Shown here: positions 1-7,341 of the stretch, in pieces
Layout of the letters: each line of letters starts with the position of its first letter
Position numbering within the stretch: the stretch's first letter is position 1
Source of the DNA: Candidatus Electrothrix sp. GW3-4
Lineage (GTDB): Bacteria; Desulfobacterota; Desulfobulbia; Desulfobulbales; Desulfobulbaceae
Length of the DNA stretch: 32,000 nt
Assembly (NCBI RefSeq): GCF_037902255.1
Contig: NZ_CP147990.1
Location: forward strand, 720,001-752,000
Direction of reading: 5' to 3'
Translations under genes and position numbers: made by a program
Notes under the pieces: generated by a model
What the model saw: only the letters and a program-made list of their open reading frames with translations
The model's database searches: none
What the model was told of the DNA's origin: nothing

Positions 1-359
1 CATACGGACGGACGTTTTTCCGCGCAGAACTGTGCGATCAACCGGGCATCTTTTTTATCGGTTTTCGTCCGGCTCATGGACGCGGCGCCGAAGGCTTTAA
101 TCCGCGCCGGATTAACAACGCTCACAGTGTGACCGGTATCTGCGAGGAATTCCGCAACGGATTCGTGGTAAATTCCGGTAGCTTCCATGCAGGCATGGAC
201 ACTATCCGCGCCTTGTTTTCGTAACCATTCGGACAGGGTTTTAAAACCGTCCGGCGTGTTGGGTACAACTTTACTTCTGAATTTTCCGTCTGGACGACGG
301 AGGGCGATATCCAGTTTCGCTTTCGCGACATCAATACCGAGTATGTATTCATGATGCAT
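1..359 (-). CDS. IS110-family transposase, N-terminal DEDD domain (3' part lies beyond the window start)
   Basis: I translated the minus strand from the ATG at 359-357: MHHEYILGIDVAKAKLDIALRRPDGKFRSKVVPNTPDGFKTLSEWLRKQGADSVHACMEATGIYHESVAEFLADTGHTVSVVNPARIKAFGAASMSRTKTDKKDARLIAQF... The GIDVAK, EATGxYH and KTDxxDA motifs are the IS110 N-terminal signatures. The ORF is missing from the track because it runs off the edge. The listed 122..352 ORF is a different frame. Confidence 0.9.
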   Translation of the reverse strand, partial: MHHEYILGIDVAKAKLDIALRRPDGKFRSKVVPNTPDGFKTLSEWLRKQGADSVHACMEATGIYHESVAEFLADTGHTVSVVNPARIKAFGAASMSRTKTDKKDARLIAQFCAEKRPSV

Positions 360-600
360 TACAAAACTCCCTGCATGCTTAACCTTGTAAATACGGGCTG
401 CCGACTCCGGGCCGGGCCATTGATACTGTTCGAGCTCCCGCAGGAGAAAGTAGGAGAAATCGGCGCGGGATCTACGTTGCGATCTTTTCGATTCCAGGTC
501 TGATACGGCGTCCGATTCTCCTTTTATTGAGATGAACCATGGTAACTCATCTCAATTTCATAATACAAGGTCTGATTTCGCTTTACTCAATCAAGACCTA
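1..600 (-). mobile_element. IS110-family insertion sequence, 5' part (transposase start plus upstream non-coding end); the outer boundary near 560-608 is not determined
   Basis: The transposase N-terminus is at 1..359. About 250 nt of hairpin-rich non-coding DNA lies upstream (360-608), before the next gene on the opposite strand. IS110 elements lack terminal inverted repeats, so the end cannot be fixed from one copy. Confidence 0.55.
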
Positions 601-608
601 CACAGTTC

Positions 609-1247
609 ATGTGGACCGCCATGTTCCACCAAGATAACCTTACCCGCAGCTTAGCCAAAATAGGAGCACAACCCTCTTTTTCCATTTTCGATAAACTCAA
701 ACAAGTCTATACGGAGCCGGGACGCTACTATCATACGGATAAGCATATTACCGACTGCCTGACTCATGTACAACCCCTCCGCCATCAAGCAACGCATCCA
801 GCGGAGATTGCAATCGCGCTCTGGTTTCACGACGCAATCTACGACACCCGCAGGGAAGACAACGAAGAGCAAAGTGCGGAATGGGCAGTCAACTTTCTTG
901 GAGCATCTGAGGTCAAACAGGCAGTCATAGACCGGATAGCCCGTCTGATCATGGTGACCAAAATCCATGATCCCTTTGATGCCGATACCGCTCTCATGAC
1001 AGATATTGACCTCAGCATCTTAGGTGCGCAGCCCCAGCTGTTTGAGCAATATGATGCTGATATTCGCCGTGAATACGCTTGGGTTCCAGACGAACAATTT
1101 CGACAAGGGCGTGTACAGGTTCTGAAGAGCTTTCTGGAGCGAGCAAGAATCTACACAACAGCCTATTTTTCAGAGCAATACGAAGAGCAGGCCCGAGTGA
1201 ATCTCAAGCGCAAAATTAAGCAGCTTTCCTCTGGTTTGTTGCTGTAA
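609..1247 (+). CDS. HD-superfamily metal-dependent phosphohydrolase (COG4339-like)
   Basis: The translation has RYYHTDKHI...ALWFHDAIYD, the H...HD metal-binding pattern of this small HD family. The length is about 210 aa. The start may instead be the second ATG (M5). Confidence 0.8.
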   Translation: MWTAMFHQDNLTRSLAKIGAQPSFSIFDKLKQVYTEPGRYYHTDKHITDCLTHVQPLRHQATHPAEIAIALWFHDAIYDTRREDNEEQSAEWAVNFLGASEVKQAVIDRIARLIMVTKIHDPFDADTALMTDIDLSILGAQPQLFEQYDADIRREYAWVPDEQFRQGRVQVLKSFLERARIYTTAYFSEQYEEQARVNLKRKIKQLSSGLLL

Positions 1248-1288
1248 TACCGAGAGATGAAAGATGGATAGAGACAAAGGAGGGCAGT

Positions 1289-1930
1289 ATGCGTAGCTTT
1301 CGAGAATGGACCTTGGCGGAACTGGACAGAGCGTTTAAACTAACTGTTCTTGATACCAGCCCGGTGCTGGAAAATTGGCTCAATGGCCAAGCGGAAATAT
1401 CCTCCTATGAACAGCAAGCCTTAGGCTCTTTTCAAACCCTGTTAAAGACCCATGTCTATGACTGGAACGAGACCGAGCTCGCCTATAATTTCATTGGCCC
1501 GCTCATGACCCTGGTTCGTTTCAGCACAAAAGAATTTAATTTTTTTGCGGAACGTCCCTTATCTGGTGTTGTAGATGAGGTCGAAATGACAGGCAGGCCT
1601 GACGGCATTATTGCCTCTGGTTTTCGGGAGCCGCAACAGCCCTATTTTTGCCTCCAGGAATATAAGAAAGAAAAAGACCCAGAGGGCGATCCCGCAGCCC
1701 AGGTACTTGCAGCCATGCTGGTGGCCCAGGAGCTGAATCAGCATAAATTACCAGTGTATGGTTGTTATGTGAAAGGGGAGGTCTGGCATTTTCTCACCCT
1801 GGAAGAGCGATCCTATGCAATCAGTCAGGGATATCTGGCCTCCCGGCAGGCGGATCTCAATGAAATTTTCACCATCCTGAAGCGTCTCAAAGTAATCATT
1901 ACCGCTTTTACAAGCAGAACAGACACATGA
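1289..1930 (+). CDS. Hypothetical protein with an HsdR_N-like / PD-(D/E)XK nuclease-fold core
   Basis: WNETELAYNFIGPL...GRPDGIIA...FCLQEYKKE matches the D...E-x-K layout of the type I restriction R-subunit N-terminal (HsdR_N) fold. A GGAGGG RBS precedes the ATG. The stop overlaps the next start (ATGA at 1927-1930). Confidence 0.65.
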   Translation: MRSFREWTLAELDRAFKLTVLDTSPVLENWLNGQAEISSYEQQALGSFQTLLKTHVYDWNETELAYNFIGPLMTLVRFSTKEFNFFAERPLSGVVDEVEMTGRPDGIIASGFREPQQPYFCLQEYKKEKDPEGDPAAQVLAAMLVAQELNQHKLPVYGCYVKGEVWHFLTLEERSYAISQGYLASRQADLNEIFTILKRLKVIITAFTSRTDT

Positions 1931-3567
1931 ATAACTGCAACATCGGTGCGGCTCTGCATAAGGCCGCCGCAGAACGGAAAGACGCCGTTGCCCTGGTCAC
2001 GGGCAAGAACGGCAAATATCAACAATGGACCTTCCGGCAGGTGGTGGAAAACAGCAATAGCTTCGCCAATGCCCTGCGGAAAAGAGGTGTACAGCGCGGC
2101 GACCGGATCATGCTCATGGTGCGGCCGTCCATGGAGTTCATCTGTCTGACCTATGCCCTGTTCCAACTGGGCGCCGTGGTGATCCTCATAGATCCGGGCA
2201 TGGGCTATAAGAACCTGCTCCGCTGTATCGGTTCGGTCCAGCCCAAGGTGCTAATCGCCATTCCCCAGGTGCATCTTTTTTCCCGTTTATTTCGCCAGCC
2301 CTTTAAATCGGTGAAGCAACGCTTCTGCATTGGCCAACCCTTTTTCGGGTTGTGCGGCGTCTATCTGCAAGGCGCAGCCCAGAAGGCTGGCCAGTATTTC
2401 AGTCCGGTGCAGACGGACGAGGATGAACTGGCCGCGATTATTTTCACCACCGGTTCCACCGGTCCGCCTAAAGGAGTGCAGTACACCCACGGCATCTTTT
2501 ATCACCAACTGCAACAGATCCGGGAGTATTACGGCATCGGTCCCCAGGATATCGACCAGCCCGGCTTTCCCCTGTTCGGGCTTTTTGCCACCGCCCTGGG
2601 TGCGGCGGCGGTGATTCCGGATATGGACCCCACTCGCCCTGCCGAGGTTGACCCGGTCAAGTTCATCCGCTCCATCCAGGATAAGCAGGTCACCTATTCC
2701 TTTGGCTCCCCTGCCATCTGGAACGTGGTGAGCCGCTACTGCATTGACCAGGATATCACCCTGCCGGTACGGAAGATCCTCATGGCCGGGGCCCCGGTGC
2801 CGGGCGAGCTGATTGAACGAGTCCAGCGGATCATGCCTGAGGAGGGGGAGGTCTACACCCCCTACGGTGCCACCGAGAGCCTGCCCTCCACCTCCATCAC
2901 CGGGCGGGAGATCCTCCAGGAGACCTGGGCCCAGACCCGGCTTGGTAAAGGTACCTGTGTTGGTCGCCCTTTGCCAGGGATGCGGGTTGCAATTATCCGA
3001 CCGGTTGATGGTCCGCTGGCTCATTGGAACGAGGCCGAGGTCCTGCCCTTCGGGACCATCGGCGAGATCGCGGTCAAAGGTCCGGTGGTGACCCCGGCCT
3101 ATGATCATAATGAGCAGGAAACCCAGCTGGCCAAGATCGCGGATCAGGAGGGGCTCTGGCATCGTATGGGCGATATGGGCTACCAGGATGAGCAGGGACG
3201 GCTCTGGTTTTGCGGTCGTAAGGCCCACCGGGTCCTGACTGAAGATGGTCCCATGTACACGATTTGCTGCGAGGCCATCTTTAACGAACACCCTGAGGTC
3301 TTTTGTTCTGCCCTGGTTGGTCTGGGTGAGCCAGGCAAGCAGGAGCCTGTGTTGACGGTGGAGTTGCACGCGAAAAAGGCCAAGGATGAAGAGCGTCTTT
3401 GCGCGGAACTGCATGAGCTGGCCCGTGCCAATCCCCTGACCAGCAAGATTGAGACCTTTATGATCTTTGCGGCCTTTCCGGTGGATATTCGTCATAATGC
3501 GAAGATCTTCCGGGAAAAGCTGGCGGTTTGGGCCCAGCAGCGCATGGAGTGCCGCCAGGGGCTCTGA
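1927..3567 (+). CDS. AMP-dependent synthetase/ligase, OleC-like (beta-lactone synthetase family)
   Basis: It has the adenylation motifs TTGSTGPPKG, TPYGATE and GTCVG. It also has VIPDMDPTRPA, HRMGDMGYxDxxGRLWFCGRKxHRV and a C-terminal FPVDIRHNAKIxREKLAxWA, which I recognise as characteristic of OleC homologues. The family assignment is from memory and has not been searched. Confidence 0.85.
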   Translation: MNNCNIGAALHKAAAERKDAVALVTGKNGKYQQWTFRQVVENSNSFANALRKRGVQRGDRIMLMVRPSMEFICLTYALFQLGAVVILIDPGMGYKNLLRCIGSVQPKVLIAIPQVHLFSRLFRQPFKSVKQRFCIGQPFFGLCGVYLQGAAQKAGQYFSPVQTDEDELAAIIFTTGSTGPPKGVQYTHGIFYHQLQQIREYYGIGPQDIDQPGFPLFGLFATALGAAAVIPDMDPTRPAEVDPVKFIRSIQDKQVTYSFGSPAIWNVVSRYCIDQDITLPVRKILMAGAPVPGELIERVQRIMPEEGEVYTPYGATESLPSTSITGREILQETWAQTRLGKGTCVGRPLPGMRVAIIRPVDGPLAHWNEAEVLPFGTIGEIAVKGPVVTPAYDHNEQETQLAKIADQEGLWHRMGDMGYQDEQGRLWFCGRKAHRVLTEDGPMYTICCEAIFNEHPEVFCSALVGLGEPGKQEPVLTVELHAKKAKDEERLCAELHELARANPLTSKIETFMIFAAFPVDIRHNAKIFREKLAVWAQQRMECRQGL

Positions 3568-3660
3568 AAATAAGGCGAGCGCGGAGGTTCCGCGCATCCA
3601 TGTTGATCAGGTAGTTTCTTGTTCTTTTTGTATCCCACTCATGAGAAAGGAGGCAATGCG

Positions 3661-4629
3661 ATGAAGTGTCTGGAGTTTGTAAATGGTGACCAAATGCCTA
3701 TGTTGGGGTTGGGCACCTGGAAATCCGCACCCGGTGATGTCTACAAGGCAGTCAAGGAGGCCTTGAAGCTGGGCTATCGTCATATTGATTGTGCACCGAT
3801 CTACGGGAATGAAGTCGAGGTCGGTCGAGCCCTGGCAGAGTCGATTGCTGAGGGGGTGGTGGCCCGGGAAGAGCTCTGGCTCACCTCCAAGCTCTGGAAT
3901 GATTGCCATGCACCAGAAGACGTACAGCCTGCCTTGGAAAAGACTCTGGCTGATTTGCAGATAGCGTATCTGGATCTCTATCTCATTCATTGGCCCGTGG
4001 CCTTGAAGAAGGGCTCGCTTTTTCCCAATACCGGTGCTGATATGCTCTCCCTGGAGGAAATGCCGCTCGCCCAGACCTGGAGCGGTATGGAGGCGGTGCT
4101 GGCAAAGAAGCTCTGCCGTCATATTGGGGTGAGTAACTTCAGCCTGCCCAAGCTCCAGGGCCTGCTTGAGGTTGCTCAAGTGCGACCGGAGATGAACCAA
4201 GTGGAGTTGCACCCCTATTTGCAGCAGCCGGAACTGCTCGATTTTTGCCGGAAGAATGCGGTGCATATGACGGCCTATTCTCCTCTGGGCTCCCCTGATA
4301 GGCCCCTGGCCTTAAAGGCAGAGAATGAACCTCTGCTGATGGCCGATCCTGTGATCGGTCAGATTGCCCAACAGCATGGCTGTACCCCTGCCCAGGTCTT
4401 GATCAGCTGGGCTGTGCAGCGTGAGACGGTTGTTATTCCCAAGTCAATCAACCCCGCACGAATGGAGGCGAACCTTGCTGCTGCCTCGCTGGCACTCAGA
4501 GTTGATGATATGGAGAAGATCGCGGCCCTTGATCGGCATCGTCGCTATGTCAGCGGGGATTTTTGGGTCCTTGCAGATGGTCCCTACACTGTAGGGAACC
4601 TCTGGGATGAAAAAAAGGAAGAAGGTTGA
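3661..4629 (+). CDS. Aldo/keto reductase (NADPH-dependent)
   Basis: The AKR motifs LGLGTWKS, HIDCAPIYGNE, LWNDCH, IHWP, IGVSNF, NQVELHPYL and IPKS are all present. I chose the ATG at 3661 because an AGGAGG lies 8 nt upstream. The track ORF starts earlier, at 3619. Confidence 0.9.
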   Translation: MKCLEFVNGDQMPMLGLGTWKSAPGDVYKAVKEALKLGYRHIDCAPIYGNEVEVGRALAESIAEGVVAREELWLTSKLWNDCHAPEDVQPALEKTLADLQIAYLDLYLIHWPVALKKGSLFPNTGADMLSLEEMPLAQTWSGMEAVLAKKLCRHIGVSNFSLPKLQGLLEVAQVRPEMNQVELHPYLQQPELLDFCRKNAVHMTAYSPLGSPDRPLALKAENEPLLMADPVIGQIAQQHGCTPAQVLISWAVQRETVVIPKSINPARMEANLAAASLALRVDDMEKIAALDRHRRYVSGDFWVLADGPYTVGNLWDEKKEEG

Positions 4630-4650
4630 ACAATATGAAGAAGGAAAAGT

Positions 4651-5259
4651 ATGAAAGCAGTTGTTGTTGAACAGATTGGCGGGTTTCGTCTTGCAGATAT
4701 CCCCTGTCCTGAGCCTGGTCCGGGTGAGGTCCTGATCAAAACCGCTGTCACCGGTATGTGTCGAACCGACCTCAAGATCATCGAGGTCGGGCATCGGGAC
4801 CTGGTCTTGCCCCGGGTCCCTGGGGAAGAGGTGGTGGGCACGGTCTGCGCAGTGGGGCCGGATGTTGCTCCCCAATATATGGGGCAACGGGTCTATGTCT
4901 ATCCCGGGACAAGTTGCGGGCACTGTAAGGCCTGTCTGCAGGGGGCAGGCAACCTCTGCTCCGGGATGCAGATCATGGGCTTCCACCGTGACGGCGGTTT
5001 TGCCGACTATGTCGCAGCGCCAGTGGCAAGCATTATGGCGATCCCGGAGAGCTGTTCCTTTGAGCAGGCAGTAACTGCGGAGCCGCTTTCCTGCTGTCTC
5101 AATGCCCTGGAGTTATCCGAGCTGCAGGCCGGGGAACGGATCGGTATCTGGGGCGGTGGGCCTGCTGGTGCCTTTCTTGCCCGGGCTGCCCAGGCGATGG
5201 GTGCCGAGCCCATAGTCATTGAACCCCATGAAGCACGGCATTGCTATCACGAATCCTGA
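4651..5259 (+). pseudogene. Zinc-dependent alcohol dehydrogenase (MDR family), N-terminal about 60% only
   Basis: The catalytic domain is present (GMCRTDL, structural-zinc CGHCKACLQGAGNLC, GGFADY). The Rossmann fold begins (GIWGGGPAGAFLARAAQAMGAEPIVIEP) and then the frame ends after HEARHCYHES at 202 aa. Intact members are about 330-350 aa. Confidence 0.75.
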
Positions 5260-5843
5260 GCCAGATCCGTTTCGGTACCACCCTGAATATTGCTGCCTCC
5301 CTGGCCAATCCAGCCCGGCCCACCCATGGTCTGCGCGGTGTTTATGCCGAGTCCCTGCTCAAGCCGGTGGCTGAGGTCATGGCCTCTATCGGCTACCAAC
5401 GCGGCTTGGTGGTGCATGGCAAAGCAGACGGACAGGAAGGGGGTATGGATGAGTTGTCGGTCTGCGGTCCTTCCACAGTGTGTGAATTTTCGGACAATGG
5501 GGAAAGGGAAGAGTACAGCCTGGCTCCAGAAGATGTCGGCTTAAAGACAGTACCGTTTGGTGAGATTGCGACCACCGGGGATCTGGATAAGGAGCGAAGA
5601 CGTTTTCTCAGTGTTCTTGCGGGTAAAGGAGAGCAGGGCTGTGTGGATTTTACTTGTCTCAATGCCGGTGCGACCCTCTATGCGGGAGGACGGGCCGAGG
5701 GTATTAGAGAAGGAGTTCAGCTGGCCTCAGAAGCCATTGCCGATGGGTCGGCTCTTGCTAAGCTGAAAGGTTGGGTTGCAGTACAGAGTAACGATGGCAC
5801 CGATGCTGCCGCACATCTTGCCGAGGAACTCGCTGCGTTATAA
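5241..5843 (+). pseudogene. Anthranilate phosphoribosyltransferase (TrpD / glycosyltransferase family 3)-like, C-terminal about 60% only
   Basis: IRFGTTLNIAASLANPA, VVHG...GMDELS and CLNAGATLYAGG correspond to the C-terminal alpha/beta domain of TrpD. The N-terminal helical domain and the GTGGD PRPP loop are absent. This frame is closed by a TGA at 5229-5231, and only a TTG (5241) is available as a start. Confidence 0.75.
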
Positions 5844-5858
5844 GAGGAGAGAAGAGGG

Positions 5859-5898
5859 GAAAAAACAAGGGCAAGACGAACAACCGCTCGTCTTGCCC
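5859..5898 (-). terminator. Rho-independent terminator of the cytochrome transcript
   Basis: A perfect 11-bp stem (gggcaagacga 5869-5879 / tcgtcttgccc 5888-5898) has an 8-nt loop. On the minus strand it is followed by TTGTTTTTTC. Confidence 0.8.
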
Positions 5899-6033
5899 TC
5901 CACAGAGTTCAGCAGCTTAATAACTCCCGTCCCTCCCCCTTGGGGGAGGGGCAATAGTAGATGAAAGTTGAGTAGGACGACTCAAAGGAGTCGACCGGTA
6001 CTTTCATATAAGCCTCTCTGCTGAAGAAAAGGA

Positions 6034-6363
6034 TCAGTCAATCTCGTAGGTGAATTGTTTTTTCTCCGTAAAGATGACATCACCTTTTCCGCCACTGATA
6101 AAGTAGGACAGTTTAACTTCGATCTCAACCTCTTCGGTATCGGTATCAAAGTGCATCAGGTGTTCTACCTTCTGGGTCTGGCTCGGGGGCAGGGTGAGGT
6201 CGATGATCTCTTTGATCTGCCAGGCTCCATAGCGCATATCCCGGTCCATATCAACACCGATCTCGAACCAGGTCTTCTGCGCAGAGTAGAGGATTTGTTT
6301 TTCAGGGTCTTTTTCTTCCAGATTTCGTGCGGTCACATCCAGGACCACTTTGCCTGACCACAG
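6034..6363 (-). CDS. Beta-rich C-terminal segment in frame with the upstream pentahaem cytochrome, separated from it only by a TGA
   Basis: It shares the reading frame of 6364..7341, and there is no further stop between the TGA (6366-6364) and 6034. The sequence LWSGKVVLDVTARN...EVEIEVKLSYFISGG looks like the beta-sandwich domain that normally follows the GHxxP(T/D)G motif. A GTG at 6348 is the only internal restart candidate. Confidence 0.6.
   Translation of the reverse strand: MWSGKVVLDVTARNLEEKDPEKQILYSAQKTWFEIGVDMDRDMRYGAWQIKEIIDLTLPPSQTQKVEHLMHFDTDTEEVEIEVKLSYFISGGKGDVIFTEKKQFTYEID
6328..6362 (-). other. mRNA hairpin starting 1 nt after the in-frame UGA (SECIS-like candidate)
   Basis: On the minus strand UGUGGUCA (6362-6355) pairs with UGACCGCA (6335-6328), giving 8 bp including one G-U. 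An alternative fold has 6 bp plus CAGG/CCUG and a 9-nt apical loop CAAAGUGGU. Confidence 0.4.
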
Positions 6364-7341
6364 TCAGCCGTCCGGGATACGATGTCCCGCCTTGTTCTCA
6401 ACAAAGGCGGTGACCACAGCGCTGGGGACCCAGGCCTTATCGTTTTTCACGCCTTTGATTTTGCCGGGCAGGTGGCGATACTGAGCGAAATTGACCTTGA
6501 GGCCAAGCCCTTTTTTCACCATGTCCAGGTCATGACCACCGGGGAAGAGATGGCTCTTCTTGCCGTTCTTGCCGCCCTTTTCCATATGGCAGTCCTGACA
6601 GGTTTCGGTGCCGCCGTTGTTGGCGTAGGCGTTCTGGAAGCTGCCGGAAAGGGTGTTGCATTGGATGGTCTCTCCGTCCGGTGCCTTGTATTTGCCGTGG
6701 CACTGCATACAGAAAACTGAACGGGTGATATCAACGGTCTCAATGGTCTCATGGGCACCGCCGCTGTCAGCTCCTGTGGGACCGTAAATGGCGCCTTTCT
6801 TGGGGTCTCCGCGCAGACCACGGGCAACCGTGATCGCCTTTAGATTATGACAGGAAACACAGCCGACACTCAGCTTGGATAGCTCTTCTTTCGCCTTCTT
6901 GCCAGCTGGTTTGTCTTTTTCCTTATGGGCCGTAATAACCTTCTCGGCTATTTCTACGGCTAATTTTTCAGATGCATACTGGATTACCGGGGCGTGACAG
7001 TCATAACACTTCATCACCTCGGCCTTGGTTATCGGTTTATTCCACTCTTTGGGAAGACCGATGGCAAAGAAATTATGAATACCTTTTATAGCACCGGGAG
7101 AGACAACCGACTGGGCATGCCAGGACTGCTGCCACTCATCATGAATTTCGGTATGGCATTCACCGCATTTTTTCTCGCCCAGCATTTCGACGAGTTCGTC
7201 AATGGTGTTTGCCTCCTTGGTGACAATGGAGTGCGGGTTCTTGTCGGCTTTTTTGCTTTCTTTTGCCGCAAGAGGTTGAGTGAACAGCATGATACAGCCC
7301 AGTATCAAGCATGTTCGAAACAGCACGGTAACTGCTTTCAT
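6364..7341 (-). CDS. Periplasmic pentahaem c-type cytochrome (cytochrome c554-like multihaem family)
   Basis: It has a signal peptide (MKAVTVLFRTCLILGCIMLFTQPLAAKE). It has five CxxCH motifs (CGECH, CYDCH, CVSCH, CMQCH, CQDCH). A GGAGGA RBS lies upstream. It ends ...ENKAGHRIPDG-TGA. Confidence 0.9.
   Translation of the reverse strand: MKAVTVLFRTCLILGCIMLFTQPLAAKESKKADKNPHSIVTKEANTIDELVEMLGEKKCGECHTEIHDEWQQSWHAQSVVSPGAIKGIHNFFAIGLPKEWNKPITKAEVMKCYDCHAPVIQYASEKLAVEIAEKVITAHKEKDKPAGKKAKEELSKLSVGCVSCHNLKAITVARGLRGDPKKGAIYGPTGADSGGAHETIETVDITRSVFCMQCHGKYKAPDGETIQCNTLSGSFQNAYANNGGTETCQDCHMEKGGKNGKKSHLFPGGHDLDMVKKGLGLKVNFAQYRHLPGKIKGVKNDKAWVPSAVVTAFVENKAGHRIPDG

Noticed and set aside
122-352. The 76-aa track ORF on the minus strand at the window start.
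   Set aside because: It is in the wrong frame. The frame starting at ATG 359 gives a clean IS110 transposase N-terminus and explains the region.
2287-3597. A 436-aa ORF antisense to the OleC-like gene. Similar long antisense ORFs are 3607..4266(-), 12713..13354(+), 18735..20261(-, 508 aa), 20761..21381(+), 24754..25449(+) and 27530..28432(+).
   Set aside because: Each lies entirely opposite a gene with unmistakable family motifs. Their translations are low-complexity, rich in R, G, P and L, and carry no recognisable motifs or RBS. This is the typical shadow-ORF artefact.
5776-5964. A 62-aa plus-strand ORF running from the TrpD-like 3' end into the intergenic hairpins.
   Set aside because: It is out of frame with the TrpD-like sequence it overlaps. 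It then reads through three palindromic hairpins, which explain the open frame better than coding does.
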